Assembly: GCF_016433145.1 (NCBI RefSeq)
Contig: NC_058133.1
Location: 111,000,969-111,064,968, forward strand
Direction of reading: 5' to 3'
DNA length: 64,000 bases
Source of the DNA: Gracilinanus agilis
Lineage: Eukaryota
The translations under genes were made by a program, and so were the position numbers. The notes under the pieces were generated by a model. That model did no database searches. It was not told where the DNA came from and saw only the letters and a list, made by a program, of their open reading frames with translations. Below, one piece after another: positions 38,552 through 53,040 of the stretch. How positions within the stretch are numbered: position 1 is the first letter of the stretch; each line of letters begins with the position of its first letter.

Positions 38552-41220
38552 AAGTCATAGACTTTTAACAAGTATAGTCAAGCATAATTCAATGTTGGCC
38601 ATGCCTAAAAATATCTATCTTGTTGTACATTTGACCAGATCATTTTTGAGGTTCCTTCTAGCTCCAGAGCTCATGTTCCATTCTAATATTGCTGTTGCTT
38701 CTCTTTCTAGATATGAAATAATACTGCCTTATATTTACATAGCACATTATACTTTTCAATGTACTTAATATGCCTTGCCTCTTGTTAGCCTTTGCCAATG
38801 TATTGAATTATGCTTGAATATACTTGTTACAAGGGATAGTTGAGAGGAGGGCAGATCAGAGTTTACTGTAGAGATACAAAGAAAGAAGTGCAGGAATAAA
38901 ATATTGAAAAGACAGAGTAGAAAATAAAAGTTCAGAAGGAGATATAAACAAGGCAGTTTTGTTACTACACTGTAAATTCAGTTTCCAATACAAGCTTATT
39001 TTTATTAATCATTGCATACTTAAATGTTTCATGGCTGTTAATGAATCAATTCAGAATAATAATATGATTTTAAAGTAAGAGATGATCAGGTTCAACCCCA
39101 TAATAGTATAGTTGAGGAAAATGAGTTCTGAAGAAGTTAATTGATTTGCTAAATGAATCCTAAGGTCACATAAGCATGTTAGTGACAATTCTGACTAGAA
39201 TTCAGGTTTTCCATGAACAAAGATCAAAGGAATTAGGAGTTGAATGCCCATCTGGACTCAGCCTAGTGCTTCTGTTGTCTAAGGTCTCGTTACTGCTATA
39301 ACTTTTTTCATGGAAGGTGGAAGTCCTGGGTTTGGCTGAAATGCTCTTACTCTTCCTCCATCTTCTAACTTTTCTTTTTACATGATTTTCTGGCCACCCT
39401 GGCCTTAGACTGCTCTTACTCCTACTGGACTTCTCTGACTCTTCTTCCTAATCCTAATAGATTATGTTTATATAGCGCTTTAAGTCCTTCAAAACAACTG
39501 TGTGAAATAGGTAGGTCAAATAGTATTATAGTCATAAGGAGCCTAAGTGGCCCAGTGGATAGAGTATCAGGCTTGGAGTCAGGAAGATTGCTTTTCCTGA
39601 GTTCAAATCTGGCCTCAGACACTTACTAGCTTTGTGACCCAGGGCAAGTTACTTAACCAAGTTGGCCTCAGGTTCCTCATCTGTAAAATGAGCAGAGAAG
39701 GAAATGATAAAGGGTTCCAGTATCTTTGCCAAGAAAACCCCAAATGGGGTCATGAAGAGTTGGACATGACTGAAAAATGACTGATCAAAAATCCAAAAGG
39801 TTTCTTGATTCCTGAAGGAGCTGAAGTGACTTGCTCATTGTTACCTTGTCCTAGAACTAGATCTCCCATCCAGGTCTTCTTATTTGAAACCGGTGTTTTT
39901 TCCCTATTAAACAATTGGAAGGGATCTTCAAGATCATCTGGTTCAACCCTGAGGCAGCATACCTGAACAAACAGCCAGAATATAGCTTCTTCTTTACCAC
40001 TTCCAGGGTTAGGGACTTTGCCACACTCCAAGGAAGCCAAGTCTATTATTGGATTTCTCTGGTAGTTTCTCTCACTTTCCTTGCTGCAGCTGCTTGTGAA
40101 ATCAAAGAATCTGAAAGTTGGAAGGGCCTTTGAAGCCTTCTAGAGTATTTTCTTCTGAAACCTCAAACTCTTCTTTCACCTCCCCTCTTCCTTGCAAAAG
40201 CAGGTGGCCTTGCCTCTATTTATTCAATTTTTGAGACCTCATTTTCTTTCTTGGATGCCTTTTAATCTTGCAGTATTCTGAACCAATCTCATATGTTTCT
40301 GGTCTTGGAAGAGGTTGTCTCTTTGTTGCCAATGTTTAAGCCCTTTTTCTTAGCTCTTCCAATTTCTTCTATGACTTTGCTCCACATTCCTTTTCTCTGT
40401 CTCTCTCTGCTCAATAACATCACAAAATAATCATCTTTTCCCTCCTTTAGTGCCCGACTTGGAGAGAGAATAGTCTATACTCACTGTGTTTACTTTTTCT
40501 CCATTTCTTCATCTTTAACCATTTGTAATTTGGCTTCTGTCTTCACCATTCTACTGAAAAAAAGTTTCTCTAAGATTACTTACTTTTTATTGCCTTTTTT
40601 TTTTCTGTTTTCATCCTCTTTGATCTGCCTGTGGCATTTGATATTATAGGCCATTTTTTTTTCCTTTGGATACCTCTCTTACCATTTCTTCCCCTTTTTG
40701 CTGATTCCATATTCTATTCCCTGAATTTGGTTTTACCTCAAGATATTTTCCTTCTTCCGTTGTACTCACTTGTTCTTGGTTATATATGTTCTTGTGATTT
40801 CTCTATACAGATGAAATTACCTCTATACAAATGGAAAACCAAATCTATCTCCCCATACCCAGAATTCTAATCTTATGTTTTGTTTGCTATAATAACTCCT
40901 CCTTGGGGCAACTCAAATTTGACATTTTGAAAATTCAACTCATCTTCTACCCCCAACCCTGTGTTTCCTTTGACTTTCTTATTTCTGTTTTTAAATTTAA
41001 TTACATTTTTTTCTTTCCTTCCCACAATCCCTTCCTCTTTTGAAGAAAAGAAAACCCAAACCTTTGTAAAAAAACAACATACACACATGCAGAGTTAAGA
41101 AAAATGAAATCCTGTATTGGCCATGTCTAAAAAATGTCTCACTTTGTACACTGAGTCCTTTATTTCTATGTCAGGAGATGGGCAGCATGCTTTATCACAG
41201 CTTCTCTTGATATCCTAGAT

Positions 41221-41412
41221 CAGTGGTTCCCAAACTTTTTTGGCCTACCGACCCCTTTCCAGAAAAAATATTACTTAGCTCCCTGGAAATTAATTTTAAA
41301 AAAATTTTAATAGCAATTAATAGGAAAGATAAAAATGCACTGGCCATCACCACTTCCCTGGATCACTATAGCACCCACTAGGGGGTGGTAGCGCCCACTT
41401 TGGGAATCACTG
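41221..41412. mobile_element. 192-bp hAT MITE with perfect 8-bp TSD
   Basis: TIRs CAGTGGTTCCCAAA and TTTGGGAATCACTG (13/14 match); TSD TCCTAGAT at 41213 and 41413. Confidence 0.93.
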
Positions 41413-41593
41413 TCCTAGATGGTCATTTATATCAGTCAGAGTTCTTAACTCTCTCTAAGTTGTTTCTTTTAGAGTGTATCATACCTTTCGAACCATCTCT
41501 CTCTCTATTGGCAGTGTTTGGCCACAAAATTATACCTATCTTTTTCTCAGATTTTTTTTTTTTCTTTCAAACAACTTTCCTGAGAGTCTAGGG

Positions 41594-41803
41594 CAGTGAT
41601 GGTAAACCTTTCAGAGAGGTGGGTGATATAAGAAATGTCCTCAGTTGCCTGTGGAGAGGGGGAGGGGAGCAGCCTAGCTTGGTGTCCCTTTGGTTTTCTA
41701 GTAATGAACTCTGGCAAACTATAGTAGGGCAACAGTGTGAGTGCCCACAGAGAGGGCTCTAAGTGCCTCCTCTGGCACATGTGCCATAGATTTGCTACCA
41801 TGG
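41594..41803 (+). mobile_element. Non-autonomous hAT element, OposCharlie1 (OC1)-like, with 8-bp TSD
   Basis: Left TIR CAGTGATGGTAAACCT and decayed right TIR AGATTTGCTACCATGG; TSD GTCTAGGG at 41586 and 41804. Internal homology to 60461-60632. Confidence 0.85.
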
Positions 41804-43350
41804 GTCTAGGGTATGTATCTTTCCCCCAAAGTTCTCCTTTCATCTTAACTCAAGTTGATATGACCACCTTTTCTTAGCATTTCCATTATTTTCACATCAC
41901 CAACCTAAATCTTCCTTGATTAGGATTAAGCTCACTTTATTGATTCTTTTTGTTTTCTGAAAGATGAAATACTTAACTTATATGTCAGAAATTTTTCAGA
42001 TTACTTTACTGTTAGTAAAAAAATTTCTAGATAGTGTAGTTGAAACCCTCTTCCACTTTTGTACATTGCCACTATTGCCATTCAGATGTTTCAGTTGTGT
42101 CTGACTCTTTGTGACCCCATTTTGGATTTTCTTGACAAAGAAAGGTACTGGAGTGGTATGCTGTTTCCTTCTCCAATTCAATTTATAGATGAGGAAACTG
42201 AGGCAAACAGGGTGTGGGGCTTGCCCAGGGTTACAGAGTTAGGAAGTGTCTGAGGCCAGATTTGAATTCAGGATGACTCCAGGTCCTACATTCTATCCAT
42301 TGTGCCATCTAGCCCCATATATTGCCAATGTACCATTTTTTAAATTGGCACTAGGTATTGTCCATATGCTTTGTCTTGGAGAAACAACCTTAACAGACTT
42401 TGATACAATGATTAATTCTATTCCTTTGATTATCACCTACATGCTCTCTACCATGCTTCTACTTTCAGGTTTGTGAATTTTTCACATAAGCATTTATGTT
42501 TTTACCTTCTGTTTTGTTTTTCTTTTGACCAGGACATATTTCAGTTATGAATCTTGTTTTTGGGTTACCTAATGAGATTAGATTTACCTCATTGTGTTAA
42601 AATTTCAAGTTTGTATTTGTTATTGCTCATATTCTCTGCAATGATATGTAGCCACTTAAAGTTAGAATGATTATTGCAGATTCTATCCTCTACTGATGTA
42701 GGTCTACTTACTAGGCACCACCCCCATTATAGTTCCTTTCTGCCAGTCCTGCGACTGTGGGAACCAAAACCAGTATCAAGAGAGCGGTGAGCATTAGAAT
42801 ATAATACAGAGGAGAAAGATGGGAGGAACTCTGTATATCTGTAGCTATCCACCACAGGTATGATTCTGAACTTCTGAAGAAAATAGTATTTCATTGGTTC
42901 ACAGCATAGTAAAGAAGTCTCATAAATTCAAATCCTCCTACTTAATTCAAGAAAATCATAGTGGTGTTGGATTGCAGCTTGTCATGGGATACAGAAATCC
43001 TAAGTAGATCTGACTTGGCTAATCAAGAGGTATTCTATCTGAAATGTATAGAACTTCTGAGGCCATTTGAACTCATAGGAATCTTTACTATCACCTCTCC
43101 ATAAAATGGTCACTTTGCCTCAATCTGAAGACTGTTGGTGAGAAAGAGCCTACTGCCTCGAGGCAATCCATTCCGCCATGGTTTCCCTGCCCCACCTTAT
43201 CCAGGAGCCAAGCAACATAAATCTAATCTCTTTGATAGGATAGTTGTTAGAATAGGTAAGTTATGGAAACTTTTTGACTTATGCTGAGAGAAGTATCTTT
43301 GGCATATCATTTCATAGAGCAAATTGCCGTTTTCTACCCCAAACCTCACC

Positions 43351-43551
43351 TTTTTTCAAAAAACTCTTACTGTCTGTCTTAGAATCTATACTGTGTATTG
43401 TTTCCCAGGTAGGAGAGTGGTAAGGGTAAGGCAATGGGGGTTAATGACTTGCCCAGGGTCACACAGCTCAAAAGTGTCTGAGTCAAGATTTAAATACAGG
43501 ACCTCTTGTCTCTAGGTCTGGTTCTCAAACCACTGGACTATCTAGCTGTTC
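43351..43551 (-). mobile_element. CORE-SINE (SINE-1 type)
   Basis: Reverse-strand tail, core and head motifs. Confidence 0.8.
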
Positions 43552-45891
43552 TCAATTATCAGTTTTTGAAGGAAGAATTATATAGGGAAAGAACTCCTGG
43601 TTTGGGAGGACAGAGAGGTGGGGCTACAATTATTTTTTGCATACTTTTGAGCTGGTAGAATATGGCCAATAATTACCATAATTGACTCTTATAGTACACT
43701 TCCTTTATTACCTAATTTTACTTAAACAAATTCAAGATCTTCAATCTTCTCCCCCTATCCTCCAACTCTGATAAGAAGGAGGCTTATTTACAAAGAGCAA
43801 ATAGTTTTTATTTGCCAGTTTCCCATCTTCACCTCTGCCTGAAATTCACTGTGGTTCCTTTTTTTTGGGGGGGGTGTGTGTGCTTAATTGCAGTTCAGAC
43901 AAAGCCTAGAAAAGCTGATGTGAAAAATTGGGATGTTAGAGGTATCAGTGGCTGTCCTATGAGCACCACCTTCTTGGCCTTAATTAAGGGATTGTCTGTA
44001 GCCCCAAAATCTGGAATTCTCATCTCCTCTTTCCTTTATACATTTATTAGTAGCTCCTCTAGAGTAGGAGCTCTTCATTCCATTATGGAGTATAAAGAAC
44101 AATCTTCTATTCTTTTTCCTTTCCAAGGGGTGGTATTGGAGATCAGTTTACATTTATATTCACATTATTAATTGATGACTGCCTTAAGTAGGAAGACAGA
44201 CCTATATTCACTAAGTCTGGCAGGTTAATAGAACAGTTTACTCTTTGCCCATGTCTCCTGGGCATCATGTTGAACTGCAGTTGTTTATGGTTCCCCTTAT
44301 AAAATGTCACAGCAAATTGCTTACTTGACTGTTGGCTCCTTGTCTTCCAGACTTTTGGGAACAGTACCTTTAAGCTGGCCTAGCACTTCTCATCGCCTCC
44401 CTTTTCTCCCCTTGAAGATGCTAATCTACCTCTGCAAGATGATATGGCTATGACAATTACTGCACATTTCTCTTCCCAGGGCAGTACTTTTCCGTTACTA
44501 GAGAGACCTTTGGCCCCTAGGCAGTGGCAGCTTTTTTCCTGGACCAGGATACTCCATGGGACAAAAGTTGGTAGCCTACTTAGTGGTGAAAGGAGAATTT
44601 TTGCAATCTGTTCTAATTTCTGTGCTGTAGATTCTCCTCTTCCTCTTTATAACGTTACCTAATTAATTTTCCCCCAAAGTTGACGTGCCAAATCACACTA
44701 AACTTAATCCTTTGAAGTTATGAACAATGCCTTTAAATTCAAAATAGTTAACAAATGTCGAACTTAAAGGACTTTTAGGTTATATCTAATGTGTTAGATC
44801 ATCATACAGACTACATGGGGCCGAACAGAGATGTCTCCCAAATATTGGCCACACCTCTGCAATGAAATATCATTGAAAGGAAAAAATGCACGTAGGCATA
44901 CACTGAAAGAGAATTGTGGGGGCAAAATGACCATGAACAAAATTTTAAATTTCTCTCAATTCCCTTCAAGATATATTTTATTACATTTTCATCATTTCTT
45001 CCTATCTTTATCCTCTTTACTTTCATCACCATCTGGCCCTCAGCAAGTGCAGTCATAGGCTACTCTCTGGTTTTGTACAAGCCAGGCTTGAAAGAAGAGT
45101 GTGACCTGAATCTGGACAAATGCAATCAATAACATGTTAGATAGAGTTCGGCATCACAACCTGACTTTACCAGGCATTCTTTATGAATGACTGGGAGAAA
45201 GTGAATCAATCATTGAGGTATTCACCAATTCTAAAGGCTTAGAGTTGTGTGTACAGAGTCAGGGATTCCCTCCATGTGGGAGAAGTCTCAGTAATCTGGG
45301 CTAAGGCACAAGGGAGTGGGGAACCATAACTTGAGTGTTCGTGGCAGCAGGGAGACCTTAGGGAGAAGGTGCTTTAGAGGAAAAGTGAGTTGTTAAAGTG
45401 AGTTTGTCACTTCCCAGCTATCATTATGCTGTGTATGGTCCTGCCCAGGGGGCAAAAAGAAAGATCATTATTTTTGCTCCTTTCCACAAGTTTTAGCTCT
45501 ATTAATTGGGGGATTTAAATTTGTATTTTATTTTCTTTATTAAAAATAGAAGTCAATGGCAAACATAGAAGCAGTTGGCTCACTGCAGATCCAGATTTTC
45601 AGGAAGGCTTATTTCCTTGTATGAGACATACGGCTTTATGATAGTTCCATAGTGCCTTTTCTGTCAAAAGCTCATTTATTTTTGAAGAGTTCTTTTATTT
45701 TGTGGTGGGTTCAGGTGGAAGGAGGGAAATCAGCAAAGGTTTGAAGAGGAGCCTCTGATGTTATCTAACCTGCCTCATAGACTTTAACTCCTCTAAAATA
45801 TGAAACTCCTCTACAGCACCCTCAACAAGTGGTCTATTCTTTTTTAATGAATGACTTGCCCCTCTCCTGACTGCCCTGTTCCTAAATTGGC

Positions 45892-46068
45892 ACCTTCTGT
45901 TTTAGAATGGATACTAAGTATCAGTTCCAAGGCAGAATGGTAAGAGCTAGGCAGTTGGGATCAAGTGACTTACCCAGGGTCATACAGCTAGGGAGTGTCT
46001 GAGACCAGATTTGAAGCCAGGACCTCCCATCTCCAGGCCTGGCTCTATCCACTGAGCCACCTATGCCC
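45892..46068 (-). mobile_element. CORE-SINE (SINE-1 type)
   Basis: ACCTTCTGTTTTAGAAT...TATCCACTGAGCCACCTA-TGCCC. Confidence 0.8.
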
Positions 46069-47469
46069 TAAGCCCCTGCCATTTTGAGGAAGCATGGAAT
46101 AGTGGAAAGAGTACTGGATTGGGACTCAAAAGCCCAAATTGTAGCTCTCCTACTTACCTGTATGAACTTGCACAGATCACGGAAGTAACCTTTCTGGGCC
46201 TGAGCTTCTTCGTTTGTAAAATAAGGAGGCGGTACTGGGTGACCCATATGATCAACAAATCTCAAAGGACATCATAATCCATCATTAGACAATTTTAGGT
46301 TCTTTCTATGGATTGAAATCTTGTCTTTCTCTAAATTTCTCCTAGTCTTGCCTAGCAGGTTAAATCCTCTTCTGTGGAACCATATTTTAAATATTTTGAT
46401 ACAAAGAATGAGATAGATAGTATGGCATTGGACAAGGTGGTATGACATACTAGGAAGGGCTTTGGAGTTGAAGGATTTGAGTTCAAATTCTGACACCGCC
46501 AATTTCTACCTATATAATAATCTCAAGCAAGTTATTTAACTTCCCTCATCTTTTCTTATCTGTTAAATTGGGGGTTAGACTGGATAATTCATAAGATTCC
46601 TTCAAGCTTTAAATCTGTGATCCTGTAATCCTAAAGTTTTACTTCAACCATATCTCACGAGGTGTGTGATTTCAAGTCCCCTTACCTCTTCTCATTCACA
46701 TTGGTCTGAGCTTCCCAAGATATCCAGGAAGGAAAAAAGTGTTTTTCCTTTTTTAAACAAACAAGCAAAATCAAAAGTCAGAATGACTTAAGTGAAGGTC
46801 ATATTAATTAACCAGGAATTATTTGTGAGTAACTATGATGCAATGGAGAATACAAGGGAAAGCTGAAATCCAGTTATTGCTGTCAAGCTTATAACTTGTT
46901 AGGGATAGTGACTTAGAATGAGACAAAAGAACTATGCAGTATGATCAAATATTAATTCTGTGGTTTAGGCTGTCAGTATGACAAGGCATCCCCATCCCCT
47001 TCTCTCTTCTTGTCATTTTCCTTTTCTTTGTCTCCCTGCTCAGTTCTCATCATTGTTCAGGAGCCGGGCAGAGGTCACAGATGATAGACAATGAAGTAGT
47101 TATATTCTCCTGCCCTGACTCTCCCTTGTGAAGAGAGTCGAGACAGGGAGAGGCCTGCCAAAGTTAAGGAAGGGGTCAGGCTTGCAGGAGGGGTAACCCA
47201 GAGGCCTAGGATACCTTTCACTATCACTGTGTATAGTGGAATGAGCATTGGCTCCTGGAGTAAGAGGACCTCGTTTCAAAATCCTCCCTCTAACAAAGAC
47301 TACTTTGTGTCCTGGGGCAATGTACCTAGTCTCCTTGGGCCTCAGTTTCCTCATGTGTCAAATGAGATAGCTAGACTAGATGGCCTTTGAGGTCTCTTCC
47401 AACTTTGGATCTGTGATTTCTGTCATCCTTTCTCTTTTCTCATTGGGGTCTAAAAAGAGCTAAATAAAT

Positions 47470-49490
47470 AGAATCAGAAAAATAATAATGAAATCATATA
47501 GAGGCAAAAAAGAGGCTGAGAATCTCAGGAGAAACAATGAAAGAAAAAGGGAATAAAGAGGACCTCTTGGTGCCAGAGCTTAAACTATACTACAAAACAG
47601 TAATTTTCAAAATAATTTGATGACTGGTTAAAAAATAACTTGGAGCAAATTAGGTACACAATATACTGAGCAAATGAATCTAGTTGCCTAGTGTTAGATA
47701 AAATGAAAGACTCTAGGTACAGGAATAAGGTCTCTGTTTGATTAAGAAAAAACTGCTGGGAAAATTGGACAACATTATGGAATAAATTAGATTTAACATA
47801 AAATCAAGATAAGCTTCTAAATGTATATATCATCTAAATATAAAAGGTCACACCCATTGTATACAGGTTAGAGAAATGTTGAAAATATTACCTGTCAGAT
47901 TTATAGATTAATGAAAAGTTCACAACCAAATATGGGCTAGAGGATCACAAAAAATAAAATAGATCATTTTGATTACATAAAATTTAAAAGCTTTTGCATA
48001 AATAAATCCATTAAAGCTAAAATTAAAAGAGAAAAATCTTTGTAGCAAATTTGTCTGATTACAGTCTCATTTTTAAGAAAGATAAAGGAATTGATTCACA
48101 TTTATAAGAATGAATCATTTCCATAATTGATAGTCTAAGGATATAACAGTCAGTTCTCAAGGGAGGAAAAAAAACTCAAGGCTATCTCTGTTCATTAAAA
48201 AAGTACTCCCAATCACTAATAATTAGAAAATTTTAATTAAAATAATTTTAAGGTTCTACCTTCCCACTCATCAGATTGACAAAGATGACCCAAAAGGAAA
48301 ATGACAGATGTTGGAGGGTCTGTGGGAAAATAGGCACATTGATGCACTGTTGGTGGTCCTGTGAATGAGTATAACTATTCTGGAAAGCAATTTGGAATTA
48401 TACACAAAAAGTTACTAAATAGTGCTTATCCTTTGACACAGCATACTCTTGTTAGTCCTATACCCAAAAGTGTTCAAAGAGATAAAAGGTCCTAGATAGT
48501 AATATATATTAGCTCTTTTTTTGTGGTTGCAAAAAAAATTGGAAACTAAAGATTCACCCATCATTTGAGGAATGACTTAACAAATTTTGGTATATGTGAG
48601 AGAATACTACTATGCTATAAGAAATGAAGAAATAGATGACTTTAAGGAAATGTGGAAAGACTTATATGAATTGATGCAGGGTAAAGCAAGCAGAACCAGA
48701 AGAACAATTTATACCATAACACTAATATTATAAAAAATGAACAATTTTGAAGATTTTTATAAACTGATGAAGGATAAAATGTGCAGAAACAGAAGAAAAA
48801 TTTATACAATAGCCACACTGTAAAGAAGAAGAGTTTTGAAAGTTTTAAGAACTATGATGGATGAAATGACCACCCATGATTCCAAAGAACTAATAATGAA
48901 ACATACTCTTTACCTTCAGAGAGAAGTGATAGATTTAGGAATAAGAATGAGATATTTGTGTTTTTGTATACAGTCAATAAGAGAATTTATTTTGCTTGAC
49001 TCTGCTTTTGGTATTTGTTCCAAAGGTTTTTCTTTTCTATTTTTTTAATTGGGTGGGGATGAGAAAAAATAGATTTCGGTTAATTAAAAAAAACACAAAC
49101 CCTTACCTTCTATATCAGAATCAGTGCTAAGTATTGGTTCCAAGACAGAAGATTAATAAGGACTAGGCAATGGGAGTTAAGTGACTTGCTCAAGGTCACA
49201 CAGCTAGAAAATGCCTGAAGTCATATTTGAACCCAGGACCTCGTATCTCTAAGCCTGATCCTCTAACTGCCAAGCCACTCAGCTGTCCTGATTTCAAAAA
49301 AACTTAAAAATAGAGATTGAGGGGTTATAGATGTAAAATGTTGCATTCCCTTTCAGATGAGATCACTATATTGTTAATTTTTGCTGAATTGTTTTACATT
49401 ATTCCAAGAGAATTCTCTTGGGGTTGGGGTCATCTGGAAATGTTTGTAATGTAAAACCAGATCTGGTCAATAAAACTTTTTTAAAAAAAG
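47470..49490 (+). mobile_element. Old L1 3' portion (ORF2 end plus 3'UTR), interrupted by a minus-strand SINE at 49084-49288
   Basis: A-rich strand; KLYYKTV, NCWENW and CWRVCGKIGTLMHCWWSCE motifs are recognisable despite many stops. Confidence 0.85.
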
Positions 49491-49645
49491 AAAGAGCAAA
49501 ATTAGAGTAGTGGGGTTGAGGCCAAGAGAAACTAGAAGGAAGAAAGAAGAGCATGGAGGAATAATTCTTACTTTGCTTCTCCTTTCCTTGCAGAGAAGTC
49601 TAGGATTCTCTTCCCTTTAGCTTAGTGTCCAGGAATGTGTATTTT

Positions 49646-49683
49646 GGAAGGAGGAGGAGGAGGAAGAGGAGGAGGAGGAGGAG
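49646..49683 (+). repeat. (GGA)n tract
   Basis: Direct reading. Confidence 0.9.
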
Positions 49684-52600
49684 AAGAAATCTGTCTGTAG
49701 AGTGTTGTGTTTCTTATCCCTCATCTCTTCCCCCTCCCCTAACTCCCCAGACCCAGGGTTACCGCCACAGGCTGAATTCTTTCCACCTTCTGTCACATCA
49801 GAGGCAGTCAGGGCCAGCTGGGCATCAGATGCTTTCTTGGAAGTGTGCTTTGGCCTTCAGGTGTGTGGGAGTAGCAACTGGAGCTTTCGGGTCTCTAAAT
49901 TTTGAAGCTTGCTTATAAGGCAGTGATGATTTTGTAGAAGCAGAGGCCGCTCTTCTCTGACTTACTATTCTCTTTGAACATCAGGGAAATAGAAGGGGAG
50001 GTGAGGCTTCTGGGGGTGAAACTGCAGGGTTTGGAGAGCACCTGGTCTCACTTTCTGAGGGGTTGTATGTATTGGCTACAGTGACTCTTTGTTTCTGACT
50101 ATTGCAATGAGAACTTGAAAGGATCCTGACCGTGAAAACTCAACGAATACTTACTGAGCACCTACTATGTGCTCTGTACTATGCTGGGCACTTGTAGGAG
50201 AGGGATACTAAGAACAGTTGATTTTTTAAAAAAAATCCCTGCTCTCCAGGATCCTACAGCCTAGAAGTGGGGGAGGTAAGGCAGTTAGGGATGTTGATCA
50301 GACTGGTAATGTTAGTGTGTGCTAAGAACCACAGGAGTAACAGTCTGGGTGCTGTGATGAGGCAGAGGAGGTCTTGTTTAACAAACACAGAACACTAATG
50401 CTTACACTGACTGGGGGCGATATTCTCACGGCTGAATCAGACTTGGTGAATCAGGGTCCTGAAGAGGGAGCGAAGACTTGGCAGCATTTTATCTCTTTTC
50501 CATCTCTCTCCACCAGCTGTCAAAGTTACTTAGGTGATGTGAGAAACAGAGGAGAAACCGAGGATTGAGATGCCAGAGCTAAGCTTCCTTTAGTAGCAGT
50601 CCCTAGAGTATCCCATGTCCACCCTACCCCCACCCCACAGCTATTAATAACACCTTTGCAGCTCTCCCATCCTTCTAAAGGAAATAGGTCGGACCAGGCA
50701 TGTTTCCCAGTACTCCCTGCCCCATTGGAGCATTTCTGACGCCACTGGGAGAGTAGGGAGGAACACCATGGGATCTGTCCTTGGTTGCTCCTCCGCTCTT
50801 ACTCTCACAGTAGCCTGGCCAATGGTCAGGACCTTGGACTGAGCTCCTTTGAATCCTTCTCCTGGATCAGATTTGGGGAGCAGATTCAGCGACCTCCAGC
50901 TTCATGCTGTGTGACTCAGTTAACAACACTGGTAGCCAAAGGGCTTGTCTAGTTAGAGGAGAAAGGGCTGGGGAACCCAGAGTCTATCCCTGTTCATCCC
51001 AAGCCCCTAAGTCTTTATTTGGGTCTGTATGTCAGCCTAATAATAATTTGAGTTTATATAGCACTTTAAGGTTTTCCAATCATTTCCCCTGTGACAGGTA
51101 GGAAGTACAAATTGTATCTCCATTTTACAGATGAAGAAATTGAGACTCAGTCATAGGTTAGCATGATTTACTCATAGTTATTACTAGTAAGTATTAAGGC
51201 CAAAATTCAGACCAGATCTCTTGACTCCATGGACAATTTACTTTGTACCATATGACCCTAGTCTTATTACCAGATAAGGAGATGCCCCTAAAGGCTTAAT
51301 GCAGAAGTTCCTAACTTATGGTCTATGAAATTACATTTTAAAATATTTATAACAATATTTTAATAGGATTGTTTTCTTTTGTAATCCTCTGTTTTAAGCC
51401 TTTAAAAACATTATTCTGAGAAGAGATTCATAGGCTTCATTAGACTGCCAAAAGGGTCCATGACATAAGAAAGGTTGAGAACTCCTGGTGTTTTGAATCT
51501 ACTGGGTTCCACCCAGGTTCTACCTCTGGAGAAAGGGACAGAATGAACTGGTGTTACACCATGTCACAGGATGGTGAATTAGTCTTTGCTTCTACACTAC
51601 AAGGATAAAAAGTGTGATATGTATACTTAGCCTCTGCCTTTCTCATTCTCTTGCTGACTTCTCAGGCAGGCCATCCTGCCCTCTACAGTCCACCACTGAT
51701 AATTAGTTTACTTATGACATACATTGTGAGGGAATGCTAAGAAATGAGCCATATATATTTAAGACACTCATCACAGTGTTCTGTTTTCCAACATAGCCAA
51801 GGTTTAAAAGATTTAGTGGTTCTTTCTTAGAGCTAGCAATTATAGAGCTAGCATTTAATTCTTTAAGGTATGCAAAGTGTTTTACAAACATCTCATATTA
51901 TTCTCACAACAACCCTGAGACGTAGATGCTATTATTATCCATATTTTACAGAAGAAGAAACTGAGACAGACAGAAGGTTAAGTGACTATTATTAGCAAGC
52001 ATCTGAGGCCAGATTTGAACTGAGATCTTCTTGACGTCTGGTCCACTGAAGTAATAGTGACTAGTTAGTACTTCACTAGTACCCAGTATAGTTTGTCCTA
52101 CCCCCCAAATTTGAAGTAATTTCCTTTAGATCCTAATGATTCTTCTGGGCAATTCACTGGTATTTATTCTTTAATCTCAAGCCATACTATTGATGCTAGT
52201 CTTTCTTTGGTTACCAGAATGAAGGCCTTTCTTAATTGGGCATATTTTTTTTTTTTTTGGATTTTGATTGAAACTCTGCCTACTTAGTTTTACTTAGCTT
52301 ACCAAGTCCCCAGAGCAGCATCCCTAGAAATGGCTTCTCCCCTCCCCCAATCTATGACTTTTTAAGGCCCTCATCCCCTGTACTTTAGCTCCTCTGGAAT
52401 GTGCTTCTCTGCTTCTTTCTGTTTGCTCTGTATTTTCCTCAAAATATCTCCAAAGTTCTTCAAAGCCCCACTCGATCGTATCAGTTGCCCATGTTGTCAT
52501 CCTCTCAGTTTTCAAGAAATTTCTCTCTTTAAGGACTCAAAAGACATGTTTTCATGTTAAAGAAATAATGTTCTTTCTTTGGAAGTCCTCTTTGAACATT

Positions 52601-52835
52601 CTTAATCCTTCAAAAAACCTGGATTTCCCCCTCCCCTAATCCCCCCCCCATTACAATTTTTACCTCTACAATCAATTTTTGAAGAGACACTTTTGATACA
52701 AGGACTCAATGGAGAAAGGAGTCAGTGGGCAGTGATGGGTCAACACTGCAGAGTTTTCCCAGGTACATGGATCAAACGAACAAAAAGTATTTACTATTTG
52801 CAGGAAAATAATGAGAATTATAAGACACAGTCTTT

Positions 52836-53040
52836 GGGGCAGCTAGGTTGGCTCAATGGATAGAGAACCAGGCCTTGGAAACAGGAGGTCCTGGGTTCAA
52901 ATGTGGCCTCAGACACTTCCTAGCTGTGTGAGTCTGCAGAGCAAGTCACATAACCCCAATTGCCTAGCCCTTATAACTCTTCTGCCTTAGAACCAATACT
53001 TAGTATCAATTCCAAGACAGAAGATGAGTTTAAAAAAAAA
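52836..53040 (+). mobile_element. CORE-SINE (SINE-1 type) with degenerate 13-bp TSD
   Basis: AGACACAGTCTTT (52823) and AGACATAGTTTTT (53042). Confidence 0.85.

Noticed and set aside
49834-49842. STAT/GAS motif TTCTTGGAA
   Set aside because: A single 9-mer is expected by chance in 64 kb, and there is no supporting cluster.
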